In this document: positions 48,818-61,537 of the stretch, in pieces
Position numbering within the stretch: the stretch's first letter is position 1
How the letters are laid out: every line of letters begins with the position of its first letter
Assembly (NCBI GenBank): GCA_964658305.1
Contig: OZ210885.1
Coordinates: 22,754,001 to 22,818,000 of the forward strand
Reading direction: 5' to 3'
DNA: 64,000 nt
Source: Leptogorgia sarmentosa
Taxonomy: Eukaryota
Translations under genes and position numbers: made by a program
The notes under the pieces: model-generated
Told to the model about the DNA's origin: nothing
The model's database searches: none
What the model saw: only the letters and a program-made list of their open reading frames with translations

Positions 48818-50376
48818 AACTCTTTAATTCAAACAGCAATTGGACGTAATATTTCATGTAGAGGGACAATAGAAACACAGAAATAAATATAAATACGCGT
48901 ATATTATATCAACATTCATTTAGTTTGTGACATTTTAAGACAAATCGTAAGTAGAACTGATATCTCAATTACCTCTATGTATCATGTGGTTAACATCTAA
49001 ATTATCTATGTTGTAAATGTACCATGTGGATTTTCATACAATATATAGAAAGATAATTGCATTGGTTGAAACGAAATAGCATTAAAAACTCAATTTTTTT
49101 AACTATAATCGCCTTATTTCGTTATAATTGGAAACGTTTATGCAGATTCTTTTTTGTCGTTCTTGGTTACAAAGACCAGAAGCCATGAAGATATTGTGTA
49201 TGATATTGTCAATTATAAAGACAAATAAGAGTATCGTGTTAAATAATACAATAATTAGTATTCAGTTAATATTCACCCAATTATATATTTTGATTGGTTT
49301 GGTATGCTTGGTTTGATATTTGTTGGCGTTATAAGTGGAATTCGTACCAAGTGAATTTAATAATTCCTTGCATGGCAACTGCAAGCCTAGCTCACACAAG
49401 AAGACTTAGTCTAGTTACTGCATACGAAAAACGTTAATTGTCTTTTTGTTGTTTAAACTAAATTCTTGTTCGATGGACGAGCGGTATCTTAGATATACTG
49501 TTCATTTGGCATTTCCATACTCGTTTTAAAGAGCAAGTGTTTCTTTTCTCTCTCAAGTCTAAGTCTTACGTTTTTTTTTTACACCAGCAGTAAGATGTCA
49601 GGGACCGGTCGTTTGTAGGCAGTTTACCTTCAAAGACCGAGAAGTAAAATTTAAATTAAACTCCTATTAGGTTTATTAGTTTTAAACACTGAATATGAGA
49701 ATATGTAGTTGCATACATCAGTTTTCTTTTAAGATTAACGAATGAAAGATCTTGTTTTGAAAGCCTAGTCTTGCTTAATATTCTGCCCCAATCCAGTTTA
49801 ATTGTTATAGGCTAAACAGACAACGAACAAACAGGCGCAGGATATTAATTTTTGGTTGGTACTTTATTGAATCTTTTTTAATTTTTTGTCTTTGCTTGTT
49901 GGCCGAAAGTTAAGCTAAAAATGTGTCAGCCAATAGGCGAAGACGAAAAGATGACGAATTGGCTGGATGAGTGACCCCAGCATAGGTTTTTGAAAAAATT
50001 CCCGATAGCTGAAAAAAAGCCCAAAAACGAAGTGGAATTGAAACGAGAAAATTTATAATTGTAGTTAGTTTACAAGATATTTGTGTGTTTTCAAAGTGTG
50101 TGAGTTAACAGCGATGATCTGTTTACATTTAGTTGCCTACCTTGGGATCTGGGAATATATATTAGTATTATACTTCAAATTCAAATTGTCCAATCAAAAT
50201 ACCGTATTTCTATCACGTGATGCGGTGCTTTTTCCAGGTATTTCTCTTAGAAAATGAGATATATTCTGTATCTCACTTTAAAAGTGAGGTACAGAAAATA
50301 TCTCACGTTGGCATGACAACCACGCATCTCATGATCTTCGGGTAATATTTCGTCGAATCACCCGAGTGGAGTGTAT

Positions 50377-50775
50377 ATAATAAACAATTATTGAATGAGG
50401 TCGAGTAGGATATGAGGAATTATTAAGGCAGAGGTTTGTGTTATTTGTCGAAGCCGAAGGCTGAGGCAAATAACACAAACCGAGGCCTTAATAATTCAGC
50501 AAATCCTACGAGAACCGAATTCAATAATTGTTTTATCATTTATTTGTATCTTTATCAGACTTAGGGTAAACGCATTGTACACAAGAACCGTGCTTTGAGA
50601 GAGCCATTTGTATTTTTCAGCTTTTGGCATAAGCAGCATAAATTAGTTGACGTCATAATTTCATATAATTTTCAATATACGACATAATTACGTCATAATG
50701 TCGTATATGAGGATTTAATGCACTGCTCTTAACCAATCAAAACTCTTGAATTATTTTAAATAAATAATAAATGAT
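50377..50775. mobile_element. Non-autonomous hairpin-ended element
   Basis: Hairpin at 50377-50539 (ataataaacaattattgaat...attcaataattgtttta) with core gtcgaagccgaaggctgagg, and CCAATCA at about 50733. The arms resemble 2526-2685. Confidence 0.7.
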
Positions 50776-50799
50776 AATAACTGATCGCACTACGTACGT

Positions 50800-51250
50800 G
50801 AGCGTCGAGGCTAGTTTTTTTTCCGTAGACAGTCGGACCCCTCCGAGATGGTTGGACTCATCATCATTATCATATTAACATTAGCATTAGGAATAAGCAT
50901 TATAAGGATTTCGAATGTAAGACCTGGCAGCTTGAGCGGTTGGTGTAGTGGTAAGCACGCGGACTGCGTGCAGCATGTCTGGGTTCGATCACCATCAGGG
51001 CGTTATTTTTTTCGTCATTTTTTTTCATTCTGCCAAAGATATTTGAGCGATTTATTTTTGAAATAAAGCCGTACTTAAAATATCCTTTCAAAATTTTATT
51101 TATATTCAAGGTTAGGGTCAGAACTACCGTTTGGGTAAGTGTTAGTATTGTCAATTGATCACGGGAAAGAGTCTGGACGCTAATAAAGGAGGAGTCCGAC
51201 CATCTCGGAGGGGTCCGACTGTCTACGGAAAAAAAATCTGCAGTGTCGCC
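50800..51250. mobile_element. MITE containing a tRNA-like relic
   Basis: About 40 bp inverted repeat ttttccgtagacagtcggacccctccgagatgg(t/c)tggactc (about 50815-50859 vs 51192-51237); A-box/B-box-like TGGTGTAGTGG and GGTTCGATC at 50941-50990. Confidence 0.7.
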
Positions 51251-53552
51251 CGAGATTGACCGACTATCGCGCAACAAATTATCTATGCATCCATTCAATA
51301 GAAGGGATATCATGCCTAAAATCGATTGATTTCGGGTTATCTAAAGAAAACAGCTCATTTCTGGGCTGCTTATGGTCATAACAACAACACAACAATTCAT
51401 ATTTGTCCGTATATTTTCTTAAAAATAAAAAATCCGGCAAAAAATATCATTTTTTAACCTGGTTTTTATAGAATATTTTTAATTTGCAGAATAGGTCACA
51501 CTAATGTCATTAAACATAAATTTGATGAAAAATATTCGCATAAGACGTTTTGAAATGTTCTACATTTAGGAAATTGTATTTTTATTTCATACAAATTTCG
51601 TATTTGAAATATAACTATTTTAAGCCAATATTCGCTCCTATTCTTTTACATCTAAAATTCGTTAGTATCTTGAAATACTAAAAAGGTCATCTTACATTTA
51701 CACAACGTAAATCTCTTAAATTAAACTGTGAAAAGATTGGATGCGGCTAAGCCAGCCATTCATATAAATACGCGAGAATTTTATATGCAAACAATTCATA
51801 GGCTTGTCTTGAATTGCAATCCATTGTCGCTTCTCCTGGCTTTTATAGTTTTGCAGCAATAGTTTGTCTTTGTTTTCGCGTTTTCGAAAGCCTTTAGTTT
51901 TCGCCCTTCAGGACAGTCCGCCATATTTTTTAGATCAGTGATGACCACCCTTACGCTTACACCATGACCCAAAATGGCGACGAACTGACTTTCGACTCAG
52001 CTATGCTCTATGAATTATTACCCTCGCCCAGACAAACGCCCGCACAGCGCTTCGCGCCATGGCTTGGGGATGAATTTGCCATTATATTTTCAATTTTAAA
52101 AATAGGTTCGCAAAGCGCAAATGTATCTGCGAATGGTGAAGCAGAACTGACGGATGAGTCGTCGGAAAGCGCAATCGGACATGCTAAAAAGTCCAGGTTG
52201 CCCCTAAATCTATCACTAAAGTATTGGTTTGCAAGCACTAAAGTATTGGTTTGCAAGCAATAAATGGACCTAAACTAAAGCTAACCCTAAATATGAAACT
52301 AATCGAACCCCAAAGGCCAAAGCTAACGCACAAAACATTAAAACCTAGAACTACACTCAAACAGATTTCCTAAATCAGCATGCTGTCTTATCAAATATGG
52401 GATGTTTAGTTAGTGTTGACTAGCCAGTACTATACTTGGAATGGAATAAATGAAGATGTGGTTGAGTATGTAAGTACTAGCAAAAAATTTAAGTTATATC
52501 AACCAACGTTTGTGTGAGATTGAAGTAAGATCTAATTAAGTACAGTGCGTTGTCCAGTTTCTGGACTGTACCAGTTTCCGGACAGTTCAATTTCATTGTA
52601 GATTTTTTTGTTTGTAAACAAAGATAAAACCTAAAGCGGTATGTTCCGATGATTGCCCGACATGTAGCGAAAACTTTGTGTTTTTGGCGCTTATTTTCGA
52701 ACTGTTCTTCTTGGAGTTTTACAATTTTTAGTGAAGGTAAGTCTAATCTAATTTATTTGAAATTGAGTAGTTAACAGCACTGTAAATGTAGTGTTAGACT
52801 TGAATAATAAAATCCTTATAAACCTGGACAAAAACTGCTATGATTTTCAAGTAGAATAGACATAAAATGCTTAATTTTCATTTGAAATGAAACATTGCGC
52901 CATTTTTTAAATATTTACAACGTAATGAACTATGAATATTCATGCTTATTTTTACATGCCTTGTCCAGTATCTGGACACAGTTGGTCTGTTATTGGACCA
53001 GTATGGAAAAACGTGAAAAACTCGTTGTTTTTCATTGCAAAAAACGTTCAGTGAAATAACAAAATTATCACAAATGTAATTATACGCTACTACAGGATAG
53101 TACAATGCGAAATATATTCTGACGGTCTTGTACGCGCAAAACTTAATATCACAAGTTTAAATCACAAGAAATTAGCACCTGTAATGGAAAAAATAGTTGT
53201 TCGCTCTTCAAAAACTTTGAAATCAGTGTAAATGCTTGTTAACAGTTTGAAATAAAGGCACATTTATTATTAAAATGGAATAACATTGTAATAGTATTAG
53301 TAGAAATAAAAATGAACACGATATAAGGGGTCACTTAATTTTATGCTATAGTAAACAGAATCCTCGTAATGAAATGTCAATTATGTAATGTAGGACATTT
53401 TTTTCAAAAACTGATCATGAAATGAAATTTTCAAGTCAAGTTATAGAATTACGAATCTTAGCTACACAATAGGGAACATGTACGATACAAACAACGCAAC
53501 TCTAAATGTAATTAAAAATGTAATTTGTGTAAAATTTCTCAGAAAATTCATC

Positions 53553-55648
53553 ATGTCAGCACAAACCATGGAAAAGGCGGCAAGGTTTCAACAAGCGATG
53601 ATAGATGTGCGTGATCGCGGTATGAGCATCAGAGAAGCAGCTGCCAAATGGGAAGTTACAAAAACATCTCTTCATGATCGTGTAAGTGGCAAAGTTGAGT
53701 TTGATCGAAGATCTGGACAAGCCGAGGAATCTCGTCTGGCAGACTGGCTGACAGAAGTTGCACAACGTGGTTTTGGTCATACCAAGGATGATTTGCTCGA
53801 TGCAGTTAAAAAAATTGTAGAAGCAGATGGGCGCAAAACCCCATTAGTGAATAACCGCCCAGGGAATCAGTGGTATAGGAGCTTCATGAAAAGAAATCCA
53901 TCAGTTCGACTCAGAAGTGCACGCCCCCTGGAAAAGAAACGGGCCAAGATATCCTCCAGAGATTTGGATGAATGGTTTTCTGGATACGAGAAATTCATCC
54001 ATGACCATGGTCTCACCAACCGTCCTGCCCAGATCTGGAATTGTGATGAGAGTGGTTTTGACCTCCAAGGTAGAGCTGGCAAGATCTTGGGTCCCTCTGC
54101 TGCAAAGGAAAAGCCGTATAGAGTAATTACTGGTACAAAGGAGCATATAACGGTTCTACCATGCTTTGATGCTTGTGGACAATGGATGCCACCTTACTTT
54201 GTTTTTGTTGGTAAAAGGATCCCGAAAACCTACAATCCACTAGATGGAGGTGTTCCCGGAAGTGTGTATTCGGTGACAGAGAAAGGTTATATGGATACCC
54301 CCACCTTCTACATGTGGTTTGCTAATCACTTCATAAGTCAACTACCACTGCAAAGACCCGTTGTTCTTCTTGTTGATAGCCACGAATCGCACATTGACCT
54401 TGAAACATTTGAACTTGCAAAGAAGAACAACATTCATATTTACGCCCTTTTGAAGAATGCTACCCATCTGGTACAACCAGCAGATGTTGGTCTCTTCGGT
54501 GCCATGAAACAGTCGTGGTACAAGCATGTAAGAATCCACAATCAGCAGAATCCAAATACCGATATGACAAAGAAGAATTTCTGTTCGGTTTTCAAACAAA
54601 CATGGGAAGAAGTAATGAGACCATCTATTCTGGTTGATGCATTCAAGAAGTCTGGTATTTTTCCCCTCGACAGAGCGAAAATTACTGATGACATGGTAAA
54701 GCCATCACTTGTGTATAGTACGTCGTCTGCCTCTGCCACATCATTTACATGCACAACGGCAGTTTCTCCATCAACTAGGCCATCAATTGCAACATCTCCA
54801 GATTCTGCACCTCCCACATCGGCAGCAGTTGCGAGTGAAACAAATCCACCTGGGGTAGTTTCTTCAAAGATATCTTCACCCAAAAAAAGAGCAGCATTTG
54901 ACGCGTTGGAGACCACACTTCGGACGCCAACGAAATTGAAGTACAGACGACGTGTAGAAGAAGGATATGACTTGCCTGGCAGCCCTATATTCATGGACTG
55001 GAAACACTTGTATGAGTCGGATAGTACACAAAATAAAGAAAATCAACCACCACCCATAGATACAAACGAACAACCCAGCCTTCCTCTATTGACTTCAGCA
55101 ACTCCAGTGACTCCACAACCTTCAACATCATCGTGTTCCTCAGTATATCAGACAACATTGCAGTGCATTTCTCCAGTTCTTGATGATATATTGGTTTATC
55201 CATCTACTACCAGCCAACCTAAAAAAGGAAGGAATAAAGTCTCAGTCCCAAACTTTATGACCGGCGAAGCCTCAATGAAAATTCTTCTTGACGAGAAATT
55301 GAAAAAGTTACGGGAACTTGCAGAGAAGCAGAAGCGATTAAGAGAACAGGAAGAAAAGAAAGAAGCAAAGGGAAAGGAAATGGACGAAAAAAAAGGCAAA
55401 AGGATCACAAGAAGAAATCAAAGAAAACAGCAGCAAAACGAAAGAATGTTCAAGAAAGTGAGGAATGTGATGAGAATACATGCAAAATATGTCTTGCACA
55501 ATGTATGATAACTGACGATGAAGAGTTCCCTTGGGTTATGTGTGATGGGTGCAAGTTTTGGATGCATATTGAATGCATTCCAATTGGTGTTGATGTAACT
55601 GCGATTGACAATGATGAACAGTTCTTTTGCCATGACTGTACATATTGA
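53553..55648 (+). CDS. pogo transposase (psq/CENP-B HTH + DDD domain) with a C-terminal PHD finger; frameshift at an A-run near 55390
   Basis: NCDESG, LLVDSH and HLVQPADVG. The shifted frame gives CKIC...WVMCDGCKFWMHIEC...FFCHDC. Confidence 0.85.
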
Positions 55649-56207
55649 ATCAGAGGAAAATACTGTTGAGTTAAATATATAATTTTATATAGTTAAAATG
55701 TAAAATTACTAAAATATTTTGTCAAGTTGTATGTACTAGTTAATATTAATAGTATACTATTCACGAACACTCCATTCATGCTTAGGTAGATTTAGGTATG
55801 GGTACAAATGTTGGTCAGCGCGGTCTGAGCCAGACTGGAACAGACGGGTGCTTGAGGACAATCCCACGAATGTATGGGTGGGTACAGGGTGGGTGACTCT
55901 CAAGCACACGCTTGACCAGTGTAACTGAGCAAGAAGGGAGTGTTCTAGTTGTGCCATCGTATTTATAGTCTTGTCCCTATGCTAATTAACACGTGGGCTA
56001 CCCATCTAACCCATTTTTTCACTTATAATACCATTATCTACTTTTGCATATCATTAAAGGTGTTGTGAATAGTAGGACAAGCTTTGGTTAATTTATACAT
56101 TTGTCCCTAAAAGAAAGGGCATAAAGTTAGCATACAAACAGTATGTCTTATTAAAGGATTGTGTATCATATTGTGATATAAATTTACTGTTTTTCTTACC
56201 CAATAGA

Positions 56208-56880
56208 ATGGCTAAAATTATTATTGGTAAAGCTGTTGTGAAAGGATATCACATTTTCCAGATTCGACCACATATAAGGAATATGGTAACACGTGTGACC
56301 CAAACGCTTGTCATGTTTGGGTACCAGAATATAGGTCCATACCACAACACATGATGAACATTGTTACTGATGCCAAGAGAGGTGAAACTGTGAAGACAAT
56401 CGCAGGGCTTCCTATTGGAAGAGTTCCAGAAGGGTTGTCATCAGTTTTTACAGAATTACTAAGTTCATCGGCCATTGATAAAATTGAATGGTAATTAGCT
56501 ATGTAGCGTATTTACTATTTGCTAGTGAAATTCAATATTAGTAAGCCAATTGTCACTTTGGCAAGTGAAAGCCATAGGGTTAGACATTTAGCAAAAAAAT
56601 TTAATATAAATGACACAAAAGTCTTTTGCAATTTGCATATACATGTGTATTTAATAACCCATAAATGATCATCACATTTTACAGCCTACAGACAGGAGAA
56701 CCATGCCAAAGTTTCTATCCATGGCCACCTGTACAAACAAGAGGGGGAGGAGCTGTGATACCTTGCCAGTACCACATTTCCATCAATAATGCCAATGACC
56801 TGGATGGTGTGCTTTCAAAAATTAGAGATGCCATCGACCAAATGGCAGAAAAAATAGCATTAACTGTAACTACACTTTAA
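56208..56880 (+). pseudogene. HIRAN-like accessory gene in pogo (two exons, frameshifted); copy at 57797-58469
   Basis: Exons 56208-56490 and 56685-56880; VKGYH, EYGNTCDPNA, IGRVPEGLS and GGAVIPCQY; frameshift near 56275. Confidence 0.6.
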
Positions 56881-57288
56881 CATATATGTTTACATAAAAA
56901 TGTGATTAAAGTTATAAAAAATCAGCTTACCTGGGTATCAAATCACTGTAGTTTACTGTGCACCAATTGCTGTCCAGAAACTGGACAACGCACTGTATAT
57001 ACTGATGCCCAAATAAATGATAGTTTTGAATAAAGATAGCATGTCACATCCTCAACCATTGTGTAATCTCACTAATTTGTTTCTTTTTAGTGTAAGACTT
57101 GCGATCGCTGCCAACATTATGAGAAGTTGAAAACTCAAGCTCCAGAACTTAAACCAATTAAAGTGAACAAGGCACTGGAATTGGTTGGAATGGATCTTAT
57201 AGGTAATGCTTGTAAAGATTATCTTCTTATGACACTGTTTTTACAGATTTTAGTCTATTCATCTAATCACATTATTTAGTATTCCATT

Positions 57289-57511
57289 CAGGCACGGATT
57301 TTCTGTGTGCACCCCCCCAGAAATTTTTAGCACCCCTCCAGAGGTGTTTAGCACCCCCTCAAAAGGTTTCTGCACCCCCCTAATTGTATCGAAATTCACT
57401 ATTATATATACTATTTAAATGCAACTGTATCAATTTTGATGAAAAAGCACCCCCCCCCCCAAATATTTTCCCACCCCCTCCCCCAAATCAAAATATGAAA
57501 ATCCGTCCCTG
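57289..57511. mobile_element. hAT-type MITE (copy at 58878-59099)
   Basis: TIR CAGG(C/G)ACGGATTTTC; 8 bp TSD ATTCCATT; internal GCACCCC repeats. Confidence 0.9.
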
Positions 57512-59703
57512 ATTCCATTTGTATAGGGTTACACAATCAAGGTTGTACTGCCAGATTATAATTTAAATTCAATTTAACAGTTTAAACAAAGTGAATGAAT
57601 TTTATTTTCAAGGGCCTCTTCCAACTACTGATGCTGGTTACAAGTATGTCCTTACATTCACTGACTACTACACCAAATTTGTGGACTTCTACCCTTTAAA
57701 AGAAAAGGCATAAAGTTAGCATACAAACAGTATGTCTTATTAAAGGATTGTGTATCATATTGTGATATAAATTTACTGTTTTTCTTACCCAATAGAATGG
57801 CTAAAATTATTATTGGTAAAGCTGTTGTGAAAGGATATCACATTTTCCAGATTCGACCACATATAAGGAATATGGTAACACGTGTGACCCAAATGCTTGT
57901 CATGTTTGGGTACCAGAATATAGGTCCATACCACAACACATGATGAACATTGTTACTGATGCCAAGAGAGGTGAAACTGTGAAGACAATCGCAGGGCTTC
58001 CTATTGGAAGAGTTCCAGAAGGGTTGTCATCAGTTTTTACAGAATTACTAAGTTCATCGGCCATTGATAAAATTGAATGGTAATTAGCTATGTAGCGTAT
58101 TTACTATTTGCTAGTGAAATTCAATATTAGTAAGCCAATTGTCACTTTGGCAAGTGAAAGCCATAGGGTTAGACATTTAGCAAAAAAATTTAATATAAAT
58201 GACACAAAAGTCTTTTGCAATTTGCATATACATGTGTATTTAATAACCCATAAATGATCATCACATTTTACAGCCTACAGACAGGAGAACCATGCCAAAG
58301 TTTCTATCCATGGCCACCTGTACAAACAAGAGGGGGAGGAGCTGTGATACCTTGCCAGTACCACATTTCCATCAATAATGCCAATGACCTGGATGGTGTG
58401 CTTTCAAAAATTAGAGATGCCATCGACCAAATGGCAGAAAAAATAGCATTAACTGTAACTACACTTTAACATATATGTTTACATAAAAATGTGATTAAAG
58501 TTATAAAAAATCAGCTTACCTGGGTATCAAATCACTGTAGTTTACTGTGCACCAATTGCTGTCCAGAAACTGGACAACGCACTGTATATACTGATGCCCA
58601 AATAAATGATAGTTTTGAATAAAGATAGCATGTCACATCCTCAACCATTGTGTAATCTCACTAATTTGTTTCTTTTTAGTGTAAGACTTGCGATCGCTGC
58701 CAACATTATGAGAAGTTGAAAACTCAAGCTCCAGAACTTAAACCAATTAAAGTGAACAAGGCACTGGAATTGGTTGGAATGGATCTTATAGGTAATGCTT
58801 GTAAAGATTATCTTCTTATGACACTGTTTTTACCGATTTTAGTCTATTCATCTAATCACATTATTTAGTATTCCATTCAGGCACGGATTTTCTGTGTGCA
58901 CCCCCCCAGAAATTTTTAGCACCCCTCCAGAGGTGTTTAGCACCCCCTCAAAAGGTTTCTGCACCCCCCTAATTGTATCGAAATTCACTATTATATATAC
59001 TATTTAAATGCAACTGTATCAATTTTGATGAAAAAGCACCCCCCCCCCAAATATTTTCCCACCCCCTCCCCCAAATCAAAATATGAAAATCCGTCCCTGA
59101 TTCCATTTGTATAGGGTTACACAATCAAGGTTGTACTGCCAGATTATAATTTAAATTCAATTTAACAGTTTAAACAAAGTGAATGAATTTTATTTTCAAG
59201 GGCCTCTTCCAACTACTGATGCTGGTTACAAGTATGTCCTTACATTCACTGACTACTACACCAAATTTGTGGACTTCTACCCTTTAAAAGAAAAGGCCGC
59301 TGCTGGGATAGCACGCTGCATCAAAACATTTGTTTGCAGGTACTGTATTAAATATGACACTTGAAGTGTATGCTGCCTATGCATGTAGTCTATATATAAA
59401 GCATGCCATACATATTTATAATGCAAGGTTGGGTATCTAGTTCTATCAACCTCAGTTAAAAATAATACTACAATTAAGAAACGTGTCTAGGAAAGCACTG
59501 AAAATTGGATTAAAATCTATTATTATGACTGTAGTGCAATGTAGTAACATAGTAATTATTAATTTAATTAAATGTCTTGTTTGATTATTCTTGCGGATGG
59601 GGTGCTCCCTGCAGACTTCTGTCAGACCAAGGACGCGAATTTGTAGGTAATGCTTACATAACTTACAATACCTAATGGCCGATGTATCTTCCTAGTAGCC
59701 AAT

Positions 59704-59835
59704 AGACCTTTCCGTTAATTACGTCACAACTGCATGGAAGTGAGGCTGAGGGGCCCAAGTGTATGCCAATACGCGTTTGCTTGGGCCCCTCAGCCTCACT
59801 TCCATGCAGTTGTGACGTAATTACCGGAAAGGTCT
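59704..59835. mobile_element. Palindromic MITE (ISL2EU-like, AT TSD) in a Ginger intron
   Basis: About 56 bp arms AGACCTTTCCG...GGGCCCAAG with one mismatch and a 20 nt spacer, flanked by AT on both sides. Confidence 0.8.
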
Positions 59836-61537
59836 ATTAACGTGACAAATACAGAGTATGAAATTAATTTTTTGTGTATCCAGGTAAGAGCTAATTGTAC
59901 TTAATGGGCCATTAAAATTACTTCTGTCTGCAACAGGTCAACACTGAGGTTTGCAGACAATTTGGTATCAGTCGTTCTGTCACAAGTGCATATCATCCAC
60001 AGACCAATGGCCTTGATGAAAGGACTAACAAAACATTGAAAGTGCGACTGGCAAAATTAGTCAATGAGAATCAAGATAATTGGGATGACTTTTTGAAAGA
60101 AATTGCATTTTCAATTCGGACACAGAAACAGGGTTCAACAAAATTCAGTCCATTTTTTCTCATGTCTGGGCGGCATCCAAGAACACCAATGGAGGTAATT
60201 ATTTTCCATAAAATGTTTATTCCCATGAAATGCATTACAACTAACATGTCCAAACCACCCCACTGTGACAATATCTTTAAATATACTTCAAAAGTATCTA
60301 AAAGTGCACTTATTATGCATGTATTGTAGATGGAAGAAATGACAGAGGAAGATGCGATCTTTGAACTGGAGACTCCCTCAAATGAAATTTTGGAAGAGAT
60401 GATGGTTGACCGAGCAGAAATGATGAACAGTGTTGACCAGCAGGTAAGTATCATGTGAAGATGCAATATCACCATAAGAATCTCACATACTGTAATTTGT
60501 TTATTTTGTGTAGGTTCAAGCCAACGTTGAAAAGGCCCAAGCGAAACAGAAAAAGGATTTTGCCAACAGAAAAAACAAGGGGGTCAAAGTTTTCCAGCTT
60601 TCAGTTGGTGACCTTGTTCTTCGTAAAGTTATGAAGAACATAAGCCGCAAGGGTGGAAAGTTAGATGCTTTATGGACAGGTATGATAACATTAAACGATG
60701 AAAATAACAATTTTATGAGAATGAAATTTTACTTGTGGCATGGCATTAGAATCACAAGTAAAATTCTGTTTGAGATATCTGTGGAATGCAAGACCTACCA
60801 AAAACTATAATTCTACCATTGACTGCATTTAAATTATCATTCCAATAAGTGTTACTCATTTTTCTTCAGGATTGTCGAGATTGATAACCATCAACATGTC
60901 TCTTTGTCAAAACTGGATGGTGATGTGCTGAAGGTCAAAGTTCCTTATGAGCAAATTAAACCACATGTAGCCAGTGAATTGCACTGCCACGACCATCCTG
61001 AATTGTCTCCAATTGTTTCCCTTGAAGAATCCAAGGCAACAGAGGAAAAAGAAACACATGAAAAGCCAAGCCCCATTGAGAGTACTGACAGTGCCTCACA
61101 TGAAGATGTTTTCAAGGCTCAATCAAAAGACAGTAGTGGAAGCACCGAAGAACAAAACCAAAATGATGTTGTCTACTGCAGTGAGAAACGAGAGGTCCAC
61201 GGAGCGTACATGTGCCTGCTGTTTTTAGTTTTGTAAGAAAATAATTTTGCATCGAATGTTTTCTGTTTTTACTGTAACCGAGCAATTGTAGGGATACCAT
61301 GGATCATACAATACCAGGTAATACTTGGTGACCCAATCAAAAAATATAAAACGATGCAAATAAATTGGTTAGACCGTGGTTAGACGCGTCTCCACTAGCT
61401 ACATGACGTGTCATGGAATTATTGACGAGCCAATCACGATCAAGTCTGATCAGGTGCATGTCATGTGACCACGCACGAGGCCAACTGGCGGTTGCAAGCC
61501 ATGCCCTGATCTTTTGAGCTTTGTCACAATTGCGATC

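Larger units (their letters stand above)
52543..56995 (+). mobile_element. pogo-family Tc1/mariner element, 4453 bp
   Basis: 24 bp TIR CAGTGCGTTGTCCAGTTTCTGGAC; TA TSD at 52541-52542 and 56996-56997. A second right TIR at 58561-58584 results from the duplication. Confidence 0.95.
56118..59297. repeat. Near-perfect tandem duplication, unit about 1589 bp
   Basis: 56118-57706 is repeated at 57707-59297. Two substitutions and one C-run length difference were noticed. Confidence 0.95.
52422..61200 (+). pseudogene. Intron-rich Ginger-type (Gypsy-integrase-like, GIN1-related) transposase gene, disrupted
   Basis: Exons about 52422-52469 (YYTWNGINEDVVEY), 57091-57202 and its copy 58680-58791 (CKTCDRCQ...GMDLIG), 59201-59339 (TDYYTKF), 59597-59646 (SDQGREF; acceptor reads GG instead of AG), 59937-60194 (YHPQTNGLDER), 60330-60443, 60514-60679 and 60870 onward. 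No RT or gag nearby. Confidence 0.85.
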
